Shown here piece by piece: positions 52,437-64,000 of a stretch of 64,000 nucleotides of DNA. The stretch's first letter is position 1, and every line of letters starts with the position of its first letter. The notes beneath the pieces were generated by a model. That model worked only from the letters and a program-made list of their open reading frames with translations. It did not search any database and had not been told where the DNA came from. Source of the DNA: Hormiphora californensis (taxonomy: Eukaryota; Animalia; Ctenophora); the NCBI GenBank assembly GCA_020137815.1, contig CM035356.1:4278001-4342000 (forward strand), given 5' to 3'. A program made the translations under genes and the position numbers.

Positions 52437-53512
52437 TTCCCTCTCTTTCCGTAACCCGGGCCGGGCAAAGGTGTCAGTTTGACAACAAAAGTGGTCACCT
52501 TTCCAGCCAACTAATTTCATTTAGTTTTTGGCATAATTTAGGTTCATTTTTGGTATTTTCTGATGTAAAATACGATGTTAGACATGTCTGGACGTAGCAG
52601 AACTTGTAAAGACCGTCAGGAATCGCTAAAGTACGAAAATTTCAATTTTGACGTCATTATGACGTCATAGCGTGACGTCATGACGTTATAACGTCATGCT
52701 AGTGAAAAATTATTATCAGGCTCATCTAGATAAAGATGCTGACTAAGTTTGAGATCGATTGGACAAGATTTGACGTCGCTATGGCGAAAAACGCACTATC
52801 GTCATATCTATTTTATACAGTCTTTAAAACTTCAGACGCGATTTAAGACCCTTGGAAATAGAGTTTCACAAATTCGCGATATAGTTTCTGAAAGTTTAGA
52901 CGATTATCTTTCATGAGTGTGGTCTCCATTTTTCAATCAGAAGCCGTCTTCAGGGTGTAAATTGAGCTCAAAGAAGTTTGGTTGATTTTGAAAATGTCTT
53001 AACTTTATGACAGTTTTTTAGGACGTTCTGGTTGGACCTAGAACATGAAAACCGTCCAATAACACAATTCAAACGATTATCTTTCGAATGCAACAAACGA
53101 GAAGTGTCTACCTCTTGTAGTTTTTCCAGAAAATTGTCTGCAAATTGTGTAAAAAAGCGTCTATCTATATATATATGGATGTATATATAAAAGGGATAAT
53201 GTTGGTAGAACCATCATTCTCGTGCGAGGGTAGGTGGATGTATATATATATAGACCCGGGACATTTATTGCTTTTTTCACCATATCATAACTCTAAAACT
53301 AAAAGAGATAGAGACTTGATCTTTTGAACTCCAGTAGATCTAGTCTACGTGACACTGTATACCAAATTTTAGACCGATTGGTGCAGTGGGGGCCTCGCTA
53401 TGGGCGTCGCAAAATGCCATTTTTGGCTAAAAACTGAAAAAACTTATTACTGCTTTCTGGCACGCGCGGCTGGGGGGTGGTGGTCACCTTTGCGCTTGCC
53501 AGCGCAGTGATT
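52251..53512 (+). mobile_element. HINE/DINE-1-like element, copy 2, nested in the LTR element
   Basis: Same ends (ATTATGCCAAAAACTAA...GCGCTTGCCAGCGCAGTGATT) and body as 35276-36601. Confidence 0.8.
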
Positions 53513-54354
53513 AATCGGGTGTAATTAGCGCTATTATTTAAGAATTATTATGATAGTAATTAGTAATTAGTATTTTATTTCCGTACGCGTACGTGTTATC
53601 GGTCGACCAGAGTTGTATTAATTCAAGTTTTATTATTTTATTATTTTTTTTTTCTCTAACCCTTTTTCCTTGTCTGCTGTTTCCTTTCAATCGCTGTGTA
53701 TAGTTAATTTATTAGTTATTTTTTCATGCCCAAGTGTCTGCTTTGTTAATATTATTTGTCAAAATTAGCCATATTGATTCATTGATTCATTGATTATAAA
53801 TTAAAATAAAGACCTTTTGAATTATAGTTTCGCCCATGTGTTATCTAAATCGCCATTATTGATTTAAAAGTTTTTCGAAATAAATTTTATATTGCCCGTT
53901 TTAAAATTGTTTTTAAATAATGTTCCCCCAATACTTCATGCTTAGAGCTCTGCCACATCTCCAACACATGAGTGGCTGAGGATGAGTAGTATTTGAATAT
54001 GTTCAAGATTGGAGGCCATTATGTTAGTATGCTAGTAATTAGTTAGAAAATATTAAGCTGTCTGGTTTGATATGTATTATTCAACTGCCTGATTGTAATA
54101 ATTATTATAATTGTTTTGGCTTAGTATAATTAAGATAAAGATAAAAGATATGATTTTCTATTTTGATTAATATTAAGAATTCCTTTTGATATAATGATTA
54201 TGCAACATACTATTAGCCATTAGTATAAATTATAATCATGTTGTAGGACGAGAGTTGACAAGCTTTGATTAGGGTTATGATCAAGATTAAGATTAAGCTT
54301 ACGGTTTTGGATTTATGCAAATTGTAGCATATTAGTTTAGTATTAGCAGGGATA

Positions 54355-54890
54355 TCAATCTTTGCGATGGAGCCCTATTGATTCGGCTGTATAAGGTTGT
54401 CTCGGTTTGCCTTTCCATTTTAGGCCCTTCCAACAAGGAATTACTACATTAGAGATGCGATTGCTTTCAGTGGGAATATCAATTGCGGTTTCGGATGAAT
54501 GGCCTGATATTTTTCCTAAGAAATCTAACCAATGTGGTGCCAAATGACGCAAAAGAATGGCTACATCTGGCTGAAGCCTTTGTGCCAGATTAATGTTTTC
54601 ATAAGGATCTTGTTCTACAAAGTATTTTGAATTGCTAACAGTTTCTGTGCTGCGTATATCAAATGTCATTGTAAATAGTTGGCCATTATCTATGTTTGTA
54701 AGAACCCATAATAGAACACTTGTGAAGTATTTTAGGAAGGTACCCCTACGATACCTCACGTTTTCATAGCTTTTAGTATCTACTAGGCCAAAGCAGCGTT
54801 TATTGACGCAGACTGCTGTAAATATTATGGCCCAGGCATAGTTACTCAGCCCTCCAAATTGATTAGTGGTAACGGGTGTTTGATGGGGTC
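54355..54890 (-). CDS. Unknown ~178-codon open frame (possible spliced exon) inside the LTR element
   Basis: The frame of ORF 54355-54759 stays open upstream to an acceptor-like TCTTACAG at 54891. Confidence 0.4.
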
Positions 54891-56549
54891 CTGTAAGACG
54901 TAAATGTATGACTCGTTTGCTAAACTTTTACTAACAAGTTGAAATGAGTTCCTGTCTTATCTAGGTAGGTAGAAGGGCCCTAAACTTATTAGTACTATGA
55001 GGCACAACGTTTAGAAAGCAATGGCTATTATATTTGAAGCAAAATTGTATGAATTACATGGTTCGAGTATGCTCTTGATGCTCGTTCCAAAGTGGTCTGG
55101 GTAATCATTTCTATAAGGCCAATAAAAGTCAAAAGTGTGCGGCTTAAAATGCTTGTCTGATTGATTTTATTATTGTATCGCTTCAAATTTTACTGTTTTT
55201 CGGCAGATTGATATGATAAAAGTTCTGATAATATTTTGATATAATTATATTTCAATGTGCAGTGTGATTGTAATAGTGTGTCGGGCAAGCAATTAAATTA
55301 AAATTCTCCAATTTTTCACTAGATAGAATTTATGCAGCTTATGGGAAGTTATAAAGCGTATTTTATACAAAAATTATCAATTTGGCCGTATTGATTAAGA
55401 GTTTCCGGTATCGTGGTTTGTGGTATATTGATCTGGCGTGAGGACAGTGAGAGAGTCGCGTGCAGTGAGAGTGTTTATGTCAAATCATTACTTTTCGGTT
55501 AAGTGCCAAGCTTGTCTAAGAGTTCGTATTGTATTGTTAGTGAATTATAATATAATGTAAGTATGCTTATTAAGAATGTGTGTGTTTGTTCGCTAGATTG
55601 TTTTCTGATACTAGTTCTCTACTCCCTGTTAAATTTGAATAGGATTCTAATTGTGGGTAATTTGGTAAAGCCAAGGTAAGTAGTTATTTTATGTAACCTA
55701 TTTAGTGAGAACGGCCAGTTGTGAATAGAGTTTGGACGTGTTTCATGTATTTTGTTAGTTAGTCATTTATGACTTACAAGTAACGGGACTAGGTGCTAGT
55801 ACTAAGGACTAAGGTGCTAGTTAGTTGTGAGTTCACGGGCATCTAGAATATTACATGGCCTTGCAATGATAGAACTTGGGTTTCTGAAAATGATCTACTG
55901 AATTTTGGTCAATTTTATTACATATCAATAGTTGATATTGACTCATTTGTTCCTAGATCATAGTGCAGTTTTATTAGTAAGATTATCAAATTTTCAATAC
56001 CTGTTCACAGGTCATGGTAGATATGCAGTGTGTGACGTTATGTAGTTGGTAAGATATCGCTACATGCTTGATCTGTGTGTAATTTGGTTGTTGCTATTGG
56101 TTATTTAGTGCAGTGGTTTTCATGTTGTGTTCAGTAACTACTTGGCAATGATTATGTGTTTAATTCGGTGGAAATGGATCATGGCCTACTACTAGTCATT
56201 GTTCGTTTATAGTGCACAGTGTGTCAATCGCTACCGTGTGATTTTTGTATTTTATCGGAAGTGACCAGTTTTTATGTGTAAGTAAATTAGACAGTTGTGT
56301 ATGTTAGGAAATATGTTTTAGGTGCCATGCTTGGTTGTCTTGCCTAATCTAGTGGTGTTCTACCTTTGTGGATTAACGATGATCTAGTCAATTGTTTGAA
56401 ACTACCGTGATGTAATGCTGTGATGGATATAGATTTTCCCATCGTGATCTTAGGTTCTGAGCTAGGTTGATTGGCATATGTACCTTATATTGTTCTCGTT
56501 TCTGTTTTATTGTTGGCGAAACACTGCTTTCCTATTCTCCCAGTAGACG

Positions 56550-57335
56550 ATGGACACGCCGGCAGGGAGTTCCGAAAAGCCGTTTACGGATAAGGGTTCT
56601 AAGACATTAGTGCCTTCAGAGCTAAATTTACTGGTCCTAGCTGTGGACAGAGTGGAAAGAGCACAGACGGCATTTTCATATGCTTGTGTGACAGACTATA
56701 CCATGGACCAGCTCAACAATCTTCTGGGGCAGCACGTTGTAAGGAATGTTAGTTTCAGCCAACCGGGCGGCTCAAGAAGAAGGACTCTAACAGTGGCGGA
56801 GGTACTCAATCGTGCTTTCATTGACCATTTTCAATTGGGTTATGGACTTCGTCCTGCCCCTTCAAATGCTCGATTAATCAGAAAGATAGACATTTTCCTG
56901 GCAATACCGAGAGGTGGAATGCTGTCTCTGGTCAAATGTGAGAATGTATTGGTTGGTATCGCACTCCAGAAATATAGGGACGAGTTGATGGGGTCAGCTG
57001 GTGACCCAAATCTGTCCCCAAAACGACGAAAGAAACTCAGCAATAAATTTACCACCGTCCAGAGGACGGATAGGCCGGCTGGTAAAAAGTTTCTTATGGA
57101 GTTCTGCCTTAGAAACAATATAACCGAGGACACAACGCTGGCTGACCTTGAAGAAAGATGCAAGGTGGCTGTTGTTCTCTTGGATAATAATGATTATATT
57201 GAGCATATATCAGCGAATATTATCAGAAGGGGCTATGGGATTGTCACAATCTTACAAGGCGAAGGACAGATGTACCTAGTTACTAAATTTAAAGGGCTTT
57301 GTCGTGTCGACACTCCCAAGCCTCGGGCGGAATAA
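56550..57335 (+). CDS. 261-aa ORF antisense to gag; tentative similarity to the Polinton/Maverick pPolB N-terminal region
   Basis: Clean ATG-to-TAA ORF in a GC-richer island, preceded by a polypyrimidine tract and CAG; the homology is by eye only. Confidence 0.65.
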   Translation: MDTPAGSSEKPFTDKGSKTLVPSELNLLVLAVDRVERAQTAFSYACVTDYTMDQLNNLLGQHVVRNVSFSQPGGSRRRTLTVAEVLNRAFIDHFQLGYGLRPAPSNARLIRKIDIFLAIPRGGMLSLVKCENVLVGIALQKYRDELMGSAGDPNLSPKRRKKLSNKFTTVQRTDRPAGKKFLMEFCLRNNITEDTTLADLEERCKVAVVLLDNNDYIEHISANIIRRGYGIVTILQGEGQMYLVTKFKGLCRVDTPKPRAE

Positions 57336-60300
57336 GCTGTGCGGACGCTACTATGAAAGCAGCTCTGTACCCGTGTATTTCAGAAGTATCGTCTAGTTGT
57401 ATGTGACCAGAAATTTTGTGGTATCTCAAAAGGCTGGTGTCTGTATTGAACGGATTGATTAGCATTGGTCTCAGTGTATAGGTGTCTTTGTAACGGTGTG
57501 GGTCTAGTAAGGGATAAGTTATCCGAAGTATTTTTCTGAGTGTTCTTGGTGTTTTTGGGACTGTGAAGACTTGTGAGCGATGGATTGCTGGCCATGGGAA
57601 GCATGTGAGAGGATGTGTGGTTATTCAACGGTGGTCTCAAGGATCTAATGGAGGACGGTGCTCTTGTTCGATGAAGTGGCTATTTTAATCATTGATGTGA
57701 GTAGTGGAATATATCGTGGTTGGGAATTTAGGCTATTGTGACGTCAAGAAGGTTCTCAACTGTTTTCTACTGGTTCTGATCGATAAGGAATGCTTCAGTA
57801 TTGAGCGATAAAGCTATAGATCTGGGTGGTTCAATATGTACAGTGTAATGGCGACAAGGTGGTACTTGTTATACTTTTTTAACTAAGTGTTTTGTTTATA
57901 TTAATTTTTGATCTAGATATTGCGAATGGAGATTCTACAATTAGGCCGAGTATGCTGGACTACGAGAAGATATCCCCGGTTTTCTCAAGGATACCCAACT
58001 GTCTCTTAAAAGGAAAGTGAGTAACACACGTGTGAGTGTGACTTTTTGCTCAAGCACTCGTTGGGTGATCTCTCAGATTGATTATCCTATTTTGTGTTAA
58101 TACGGGCGACAATGAACCATTGGTTTCCACAACCAATGAGTAGTGCTCTAAGTGGTCGTGGTAATTGTTATGAGATCTAGAAGCCACATTTATTTGGACA
58201 GTGAGATGATCTATTGGTGTTTGAATTATTCAAAATAATGTGTGTAATTAGTGCAGCTATTGCGAGGTTTATATTTTTGTGTTATAGCCATGAAAGTACC
58301 ATGTAGTTTGAATTATCTAATTGCTTTAATTTTTGTTGTTCCCAGACTTTGTATAATTTTAATTAAATTTTGTTTATCTTGACTTGCGAATGGACCAAGT
58401 TTCTCAATTAGGCCATAAAATTCAGGTGCCGAATTTTCCTAACGGGTTTAAAGCTGTATACAATTATACACGTGCAATTAGGGTGTAATTTATATTTCAA
58501 GGTATCTAAAATCGAGTTAGTGAATTGTTGTCTAAATGTACTAGAATTGTATTGTTATTGGTTAAGATTATGTTAAAACTATGTTTGACATATTTAGTCA
58601 TGTGTATTTTTAGTCCAAAGGATAGCTGAATATTATTGAAGCTGTTTTAATTGCAGTAAGGGATGCTTTCTACGATAGAGTTAACCGTTAAAGTTCAGAC
58701 AATGTTCCTTCCCTCCGACCTAAGTTGTTACTACGTAAGGGAGTACTATACTGAATACAAAAGTTTTAGTCTAAGGATTATTTTCTTAATTAGATGATGG
58801 TCTCATCGCTATAATGATGGTACGAATATAAATACCTAATATTTGGAATTTAATATTCTAATCCAAAACATTTATGTCCTTACTACTTTTAGGTATAAGA
58901 TGAGTAGACTTGATAGGAACAATCGTCTGTTTGGTACTAGTGATATAGTGATGATCAGGGTTTTTTTTTAATGTAACACGTGATCCTGTGATATTTAAAG
59001 TGTAACGTATATAAATGCACATTAACAGGTGACCAATCCCGAACTTACTAAAATCCTTAAAATATGATTATATGAAATGAATATTCACTGCATGTAATGG
59101 AACCGATTGGCTTAAATTGATTGGTTTGAACTAATCTCAGCGTTTGAACTAATCTCAGTGTTCTAGATGATCCCTCATTATGTGAGATAATGAATATGCT
59201 ATGACTAACTAGCTCTGGCCCGTGCACGTGTTTATTTATTTTATTTTGCTAGTGACTCAAGCTAATTTGGTGTTGTCAATATGATCTCAACTATCTCAGG
59301 AGGGTGTTCTTTACAATTGCAGGTGTAGTCAATTAGCAGATCAACTGGTTATATTAATCTCTCTAAGTACAATGGTGCGTTAGTTTTTATAGTTAAAATG
59401 GTGACATCTCTCACTATGTTCATGGTTACATATATGTAAGTGGTGTGATTCCTTCCGGCTAACAATATTATTAAGGGCATTAGCACATTTTCAAGCGGGA
59501 GATTCGGTATAGAAGTTGCAATGAGAGTATAAAAATTCGTCAATTATTGTTAAAATTAATTTAGGTGAAAATTAATGCAGGTATATTAATATTTTTGATA
59601 AACCGTAGCTTAGTGTGCTCAATATAGTATTTACGAAGTCTAAATAATTATTTAATAATTGTATCTAATTACTTATATTCTTAATTTATATTCTGCTCAA
59701 TGAAATTATCAAATTAATAGGCATGATTCTCGACATTCAAATTAGTGAAGAATTCGAGAAGAAAGAAGTGAAGAATTAAAATTCGAGAAATCTTGTAACC
59801 TAAAAGTAAAGTTCTGCTTAGTGAAATTATTATATTGAAATAGGGTGGTTGTTGCCGAATGGTATTGTAAGTTAACAAACTAAAGGTTTATTTAGTGGAC
59901 TTATTAGATTTACAATTATGGTTTTAGCAAATTGTTACAGTAAGTTAAAATTAAAGTGCTGCCTAGTGAAATTATCAAATTGACAATCATGGTTTTCGAT
60001 ATTCGATTTGGTAAAGTGACGAGTCAGTGATTTGTAATTTCAAAAGTAAGATTTCAACTTGGACACGGCACGCCCATTATATTTGTTCACGTGCGTGACA
60101 GGCCTGCTACACAGGCAAAGTTTTGATATTATCATTTAATCGCGCAGGTAAAGTTTTCAACATTATAATTTCGCTTTACCAGTTGTAAAAAGAAATGTGG
60201 TTTGTTTATTAGTTCGTGTTTGCGCCAGTGTGTTCAGAACGAAGCTCCAGTTGGTTTGCGACCAACTTGGCGTAATTAATGGGTTTATCTCTAGATCTAA

Positions 60301-60539
60301 TTATACTGAGTTGAATCTAGATTTTCACCGATGTTCTTTACGAGTGCCATGTCGTCTTTGTCAGAGGTTTCGCTGCTGTCTGTGTTTCCGATGGCTGGAT
60401 TGATTATGGCATTTAGCCAAGCGATAGCTGCAGATAGCTGTAGCTGCATCGCTTCAACTGGTTGTGCGTGTTGTAGTAACTGGGTGGAATCTATATTGTT
60501 TCCCAGTTGCCAGTCGTTGTTTGATAGAGAAGATGATAG

Positions 60540-61316
60540 TCACAGTGATTTGTTCATTCCTTGTCCATTACAGCTGTTGTTTCCATACTTATTCCTCTTC
60601 CCTTTGTAGGCATTTCTGATTATCTGCTGGTACTGCTGAATCCTCTTACTGGAAGAAAAGCAATCACTCATCCAGTGCCAACCACCACATTTTCTACAAG
60701 GCGAAGGTGGCTGTGGGCCGTTCTGTCTAATTCGGCAGTTTCTGGCAAGGTGACCTAACTTTCTGCAGGAGTAACATCTGTAATTTTTGTACGGGTTCCT
60801 GGGTTGCTCCTGTGATGGACCGGGTTGCCGTGCAGCTGTTGCTCGTGAGGTGCGACTTCGGTTGTCATCACTCTCTTCCCCAATTAGAGCTAATTTAACT
60901 TCTTCCTGGGAATGTATGGGAGGTGTTTCCAGTAGTGCTAATTCCTCCTCTATGGTCGATAGCGTGTTGTGTCCACCCTCTGTGACGATGTCAGTACAAT
61001 TGATAGGATCTTTAGAACTTGACGCTTCAGGAGAGCAAGGCATCAAGGAGAAGGTATCAAAAGAAATGGGCAAAGGTGAGGTATCAAGAGTCATGGCTGT
61101 TTCCTCCCCTTCTTCCATAGCCGCAACGGAATGAATTTCTGCCTCGTTTATTTCCAACTTTGTAGCGCATTCTCGATGTGTGTCGCGAAATTTTGTATCT
61201 AACTGATTTTTTGGTAATTTTGGCCCCTCAGAATCATCTGCGATTTCAACAATTTTAGTGATAGCGCTATTACCCCCTCTAATTTGTGTGAACTGTGTGT
61301 GGGTTTTCTTTGACAT
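60540..61316 (-). CDS. gag: Gag-like protein (258 aa) with two CCHC zinc knuckles
   Basis: CYSCRKLGHLARNC and CRKCGGWHWMSDC; the first ATG is ~210 nt inside the 5' LTR/PBS. Confidence 0.85.
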   Translation of the reverse strand: MSKKTHTQFTQIRGGNSAITKIVEIADDSEGPKLPKNQLDTKFRDTHRECATKLEINEAEIHSVAAMEEGEETAMTLDTSPLPISFDTFSLMPCSPEASSSKDPINCTDIVTEGGHNTLSTIEEELALLETPPIHSQEEVKLALIGEESDDNRSRTSRATAARQPGPSQEQPRNPYKNYRCYSCRKLGHLARNCRIRQNGPQPPSPCRKCGGWHWMSDCFSSSKRIQQYQQIIRNAYKGKRNKYGNNSCNGQGMNKSL

Positions 61317-61513
61317 GACTTTTATCTGTACCCTAGTTCTTGGTAAAATGACTTTAAAACTTGTTTATTGTGTAACTAGGTCTGTCTTTACTTTACGAGT
61401 GTTTGTAAAATGTCCCTATCGTAGTTAGTTGTTAACCATCAAAGGACAAGTTCAATATCACAATTATATTTACAAGTGTAGTCGGCAGTTATTGTGACAA
61501 CACAAAAACTACT

Positions 61514-61525
61514 GTTACAGCACCA
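61514..61525 (-). other. Primer-binding site, possibly tRNA-His-type
   Basis: After the LTR's CA and a 2-nt spacer (AC), the minus strand reads TGGTGCTGTAAC, similar to the tRNA-His PBS TGGTGCCGTGAC as I recall it. Confidence 0.6.
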
Positions 61526-61527
61526 GT

Positions 61528-62168
61528 TGTAGTATTCTGTGTAGTCACTGGCTGGTAATCGTATAGCGGACCCGGGATCGTACCTGGTTAGCCGCGGTGA
61601 GTGAATGTAGTCGTAGAAGGTTGTAGTAACCAGGGGGTGTCGAGGTGATAGTCGGGGAGGGTGTCTTTGTTGTGATGGATACGAACAAAGTAAAGAAACA
61701 AGTAGGTTCGGGGTTGTTAACTAGTTTTAAACCAAACAATAGTTTCAGAATATATAGAAGTGAGAGGTTGGGGTTTGGCCAATGCCTTTTATACAATACT
61801 TGGCGTCTCGTGAGTTTTCGTCACGCCTTTATTACTCAGGGTGATCTGACCATCCCGTGGTAAGCTGGGATGGACAGTTCAGATATCGTGTATGTGTGCT
61901 TTTTCACAACCTCTCTCTATATCTTGGTCAGGTTATCTGTCGCCAGTTCAACAGGCGTGATACAATCTGGCACAAGACATGAATTGTTCAATTAACACAC
62001 GTCACTTCATATCTTTTTCGTTCAAGAGATACTATCTCAGGGAACTGGCATGTGTTCTCAACAGGGGGCCGGATTTACTTTATATCACCGACCTGCTATT
62101 AAAAACACAATATATCTCAGACAACATCCTGCACACAGACAGATATGATGAGATGCACATATAGTACA
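61528..62168 (-). repeat. 5' LTR (641 bp)
   Basis: Direct repeat of 48632-49285. Confidence 0.95.
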
Positions 62169-62296
62169 ACACATTTCACCACTTCCATTTCCTCATGTGC
62201 TAACTGCTACTTACTGTTATATCCCGATTTACCGGGAGGATAACTTCCCCCATAATAGGAAATGAGTGGTGTTCTATTTACCGCTTCTCCCGGTAA

Positions 62297-62633
62297 TAGT
62301 AGAGTCGATAACTACATCGACCTCTCCCAATTGTTCCAGTTTTTGTCACGGGATTAATGATTACAGGAGAACGGCTTGAAATATCTCTTGGAGTCTCCGG
62401 ATGGTTACTCAGGGGACCTAGAGCTAACTTTTGACACCCATGGTTTTGCCCCAAGTTGAAAAAATTTAGTCAGGTTTTTGTTATGATCAGCAACATTTCA
62501 ACTGCTGATTACGCCAAGATGAAAACAGTTTGTGAAAAAGTAACACCTGTTTAGAGGTCGTGTCGAGGCTCCAAACAGATGTGACAAAAACTGGAACAAT
62601 TGGGAGAGGTCGATGTAGTTATCGACTCTACTA
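62297..62633. mobile_element. 337-bp MITE with ~53-bp TIRs (Academ-like TAG...CTA ends, 3-bp TSD), nested in a pogo-type MITE remnant
   Basis: TAA|TAGTAGAGTCGATAACTACATCGACCTCTCCCAATTG...CAATTGGGAGAGGTCGATGTAGTTATCGACTCTACTA|TAA; the flanks resemble the 23640-23806 MITE. Confidence 0.75.
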
Positions 62634-63899
62634 TAAATGGGGACCCGACTGTATTGTCAGATACGGAAGGCGCGAGTGAGAATTTGTATTCAAAGGACCT
62701 TGAAATTCGCGCGGTTCAAAATCCGCACGTGCAGAATTTGCGCGGTTTACACAGTCTACACACCCGCGCGGACCCAATTACAAAAAACGCACCGCGCCCT
62801 CCGTAAACAGTGAATAAGGACTGTGACTGATCTGTCCCCGGGGTAAGATTCAATGACCAATGTCAACCACCACTCTGTTTTTAAATAAAACGTAACAACT
62901 CAGAGGTTTTACAAGTTTTAAACGTGATTCAATAATTTTAAAAAGAGAACAAATCAATTTTCATCTGAACATATCTTTACAAACTTTATTTTGCTATAAA
63001 TAACTAAATTTAGCAAAATAATGACACATCAAAAAGATTCAACGACAACAGTTTAGAGTTTTATAAAATTATCACCCAAAAAACATGATATGAACTGTCC
63101 TATCAATTAATATAAACACATTTATTTAAACACTGGAATATAGTGCCCCAGATAAAAAATCTTAATTAAAAAAGAAAAACACTGTTTCATTAAATCTACA
63201 AATAACACGGCCTAGATAAATTGTCTACGGCTGTTTAATTGTTTTTGCTTCAAGTTTAGTTGGTGATTATTTCAATAGTTCCCTAGTGTTCCATTGCTAC
63301 CTGCTAGACTGACGCTGTCTGGTGTTTTGTTTCAGTTCTTTACTGACAAAATCTAACAGAGTTTCTAGGGAGTTGAAGCTTTCACGTCGCCTCGACCCTC
63401 CCTGTGCAACTTCTGAAATTGAGTGAGTTAGAAATGTGACTGAAACATGTATAGCCTCCCAAACTACATGGAAACTCGAATTTGGGCTGGGCATTTTAGG
63501 AACGAACAAGCTCCCTGCACGCTCCTATTCTGTATGATTAATTAAATCTTCAAGAGGATTAATTTCAGTGGCATGTCGCGAGATTAATTGGTAAAATTTA
63601 ATAGGTAGGAGCTCATGTCAAATAGGTACTGAGCTTGAAGCCGCTCTCCCTGCTGCAGAGGTATTATTATAGAGAGCTCGGGTTCTGCAGAGAGATTATT
63701 GCTGCAGTATGCTGCCCACTTGATCTATAATTTAGCAGAACCCTCACAGAGCGGTGTACGAGCCACATAATGGTACCCTATATCTTGTCTCATATTGTGC
63801 TTGAATTGCAACACTAAACTCATATCACTATATATTGTGCCACGTTCCCTTTAGCTGTGCCATATTCCTGAATTCCTCGTTCACAACACCATTGCCCCG

Positions 63900-63990
63900 T
63901 TCCTGTGCCCCTCCCTAAACTCACCCTGTGCCCCCCTCCCCTAAACGCCCCTGTGCCCCTCCTCCCCTAAACTCACCCTGTGTCCCTCCC
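63900..63990. repeat. ~23-bp C-rich tandem repeat
   Basis: CCTGTGCCCCTCCCTAAAC... about 3.5 copies. Confidence 0.8.
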
Positions 63991-64000
63991 TCTCTCTCCC

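Larger units (their letters stand above)
48632..62168 (-). mobile_element. 13.5-kb LTR retrotransposon (Ty3/gypsy-like ends) with gag but no recognisable pol
   Basis: Direct repeats 48632-49285 and 61528-62168 with TG...CA ends; TSD ACAC (48628-48631, 62169-62172); minus-strand PBS and PPT; CCHC gag. Confidence 0.93.

Noticed and set aside
63297-63730. 3' exons of a minus-strand gene with a weak ion-channel S1 resemblance (PNSSFHVVWEAI)
   Set aside because: Possibly real exons, but the frame and boundaries are ambiguous and the similarity is too short to support a call.

Overview
Eukaryotic, intron-rich, repeat-dense DNA with GT-AG introns and long (CT)n tracts. It looks like an invertebrate animal; I cannot name the taxon from sequence. 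Host genes rebuilt by hand: the 3' part of an FNBP1/CIP4/Toca-1-type F-BAR-HR1-SH3 gene (+, to 8334); two tandem kynurenine 3-monooxygenase (KMO)-like genes (-, 17170-20820 intact, 24626-34418 with small indels and large intronic insertions); a Tctex1-domain dynein light chain (+, 40963-43575); and a CHST8-14-type Golgi sulfotransferase (-, 44161-47150). The rest is mostly transposons: MITEs, Tc1/mariner foldbacks, two Helentron-associated (HINE/DINE-1-like) elements, a broken RTE-like LINE, and minisatellites. The most unusual object is a young 13.5-kb LTR element (48632-62168) with near-identical LTRs, a 4-bp TSD, PBS and PPT. It has a zinc-knuckle gag ending in a UGA-CUA readthrough context, no recognisable pol, and cargo ORFs. 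One cargo ORF, a 261-aa antisense frame, resembles by eye the N-terminal (terminal-protein/vOTU-like) region of Polinton/Maverick DNA polymerases. All homologies come from recalled motifs, not database searches.
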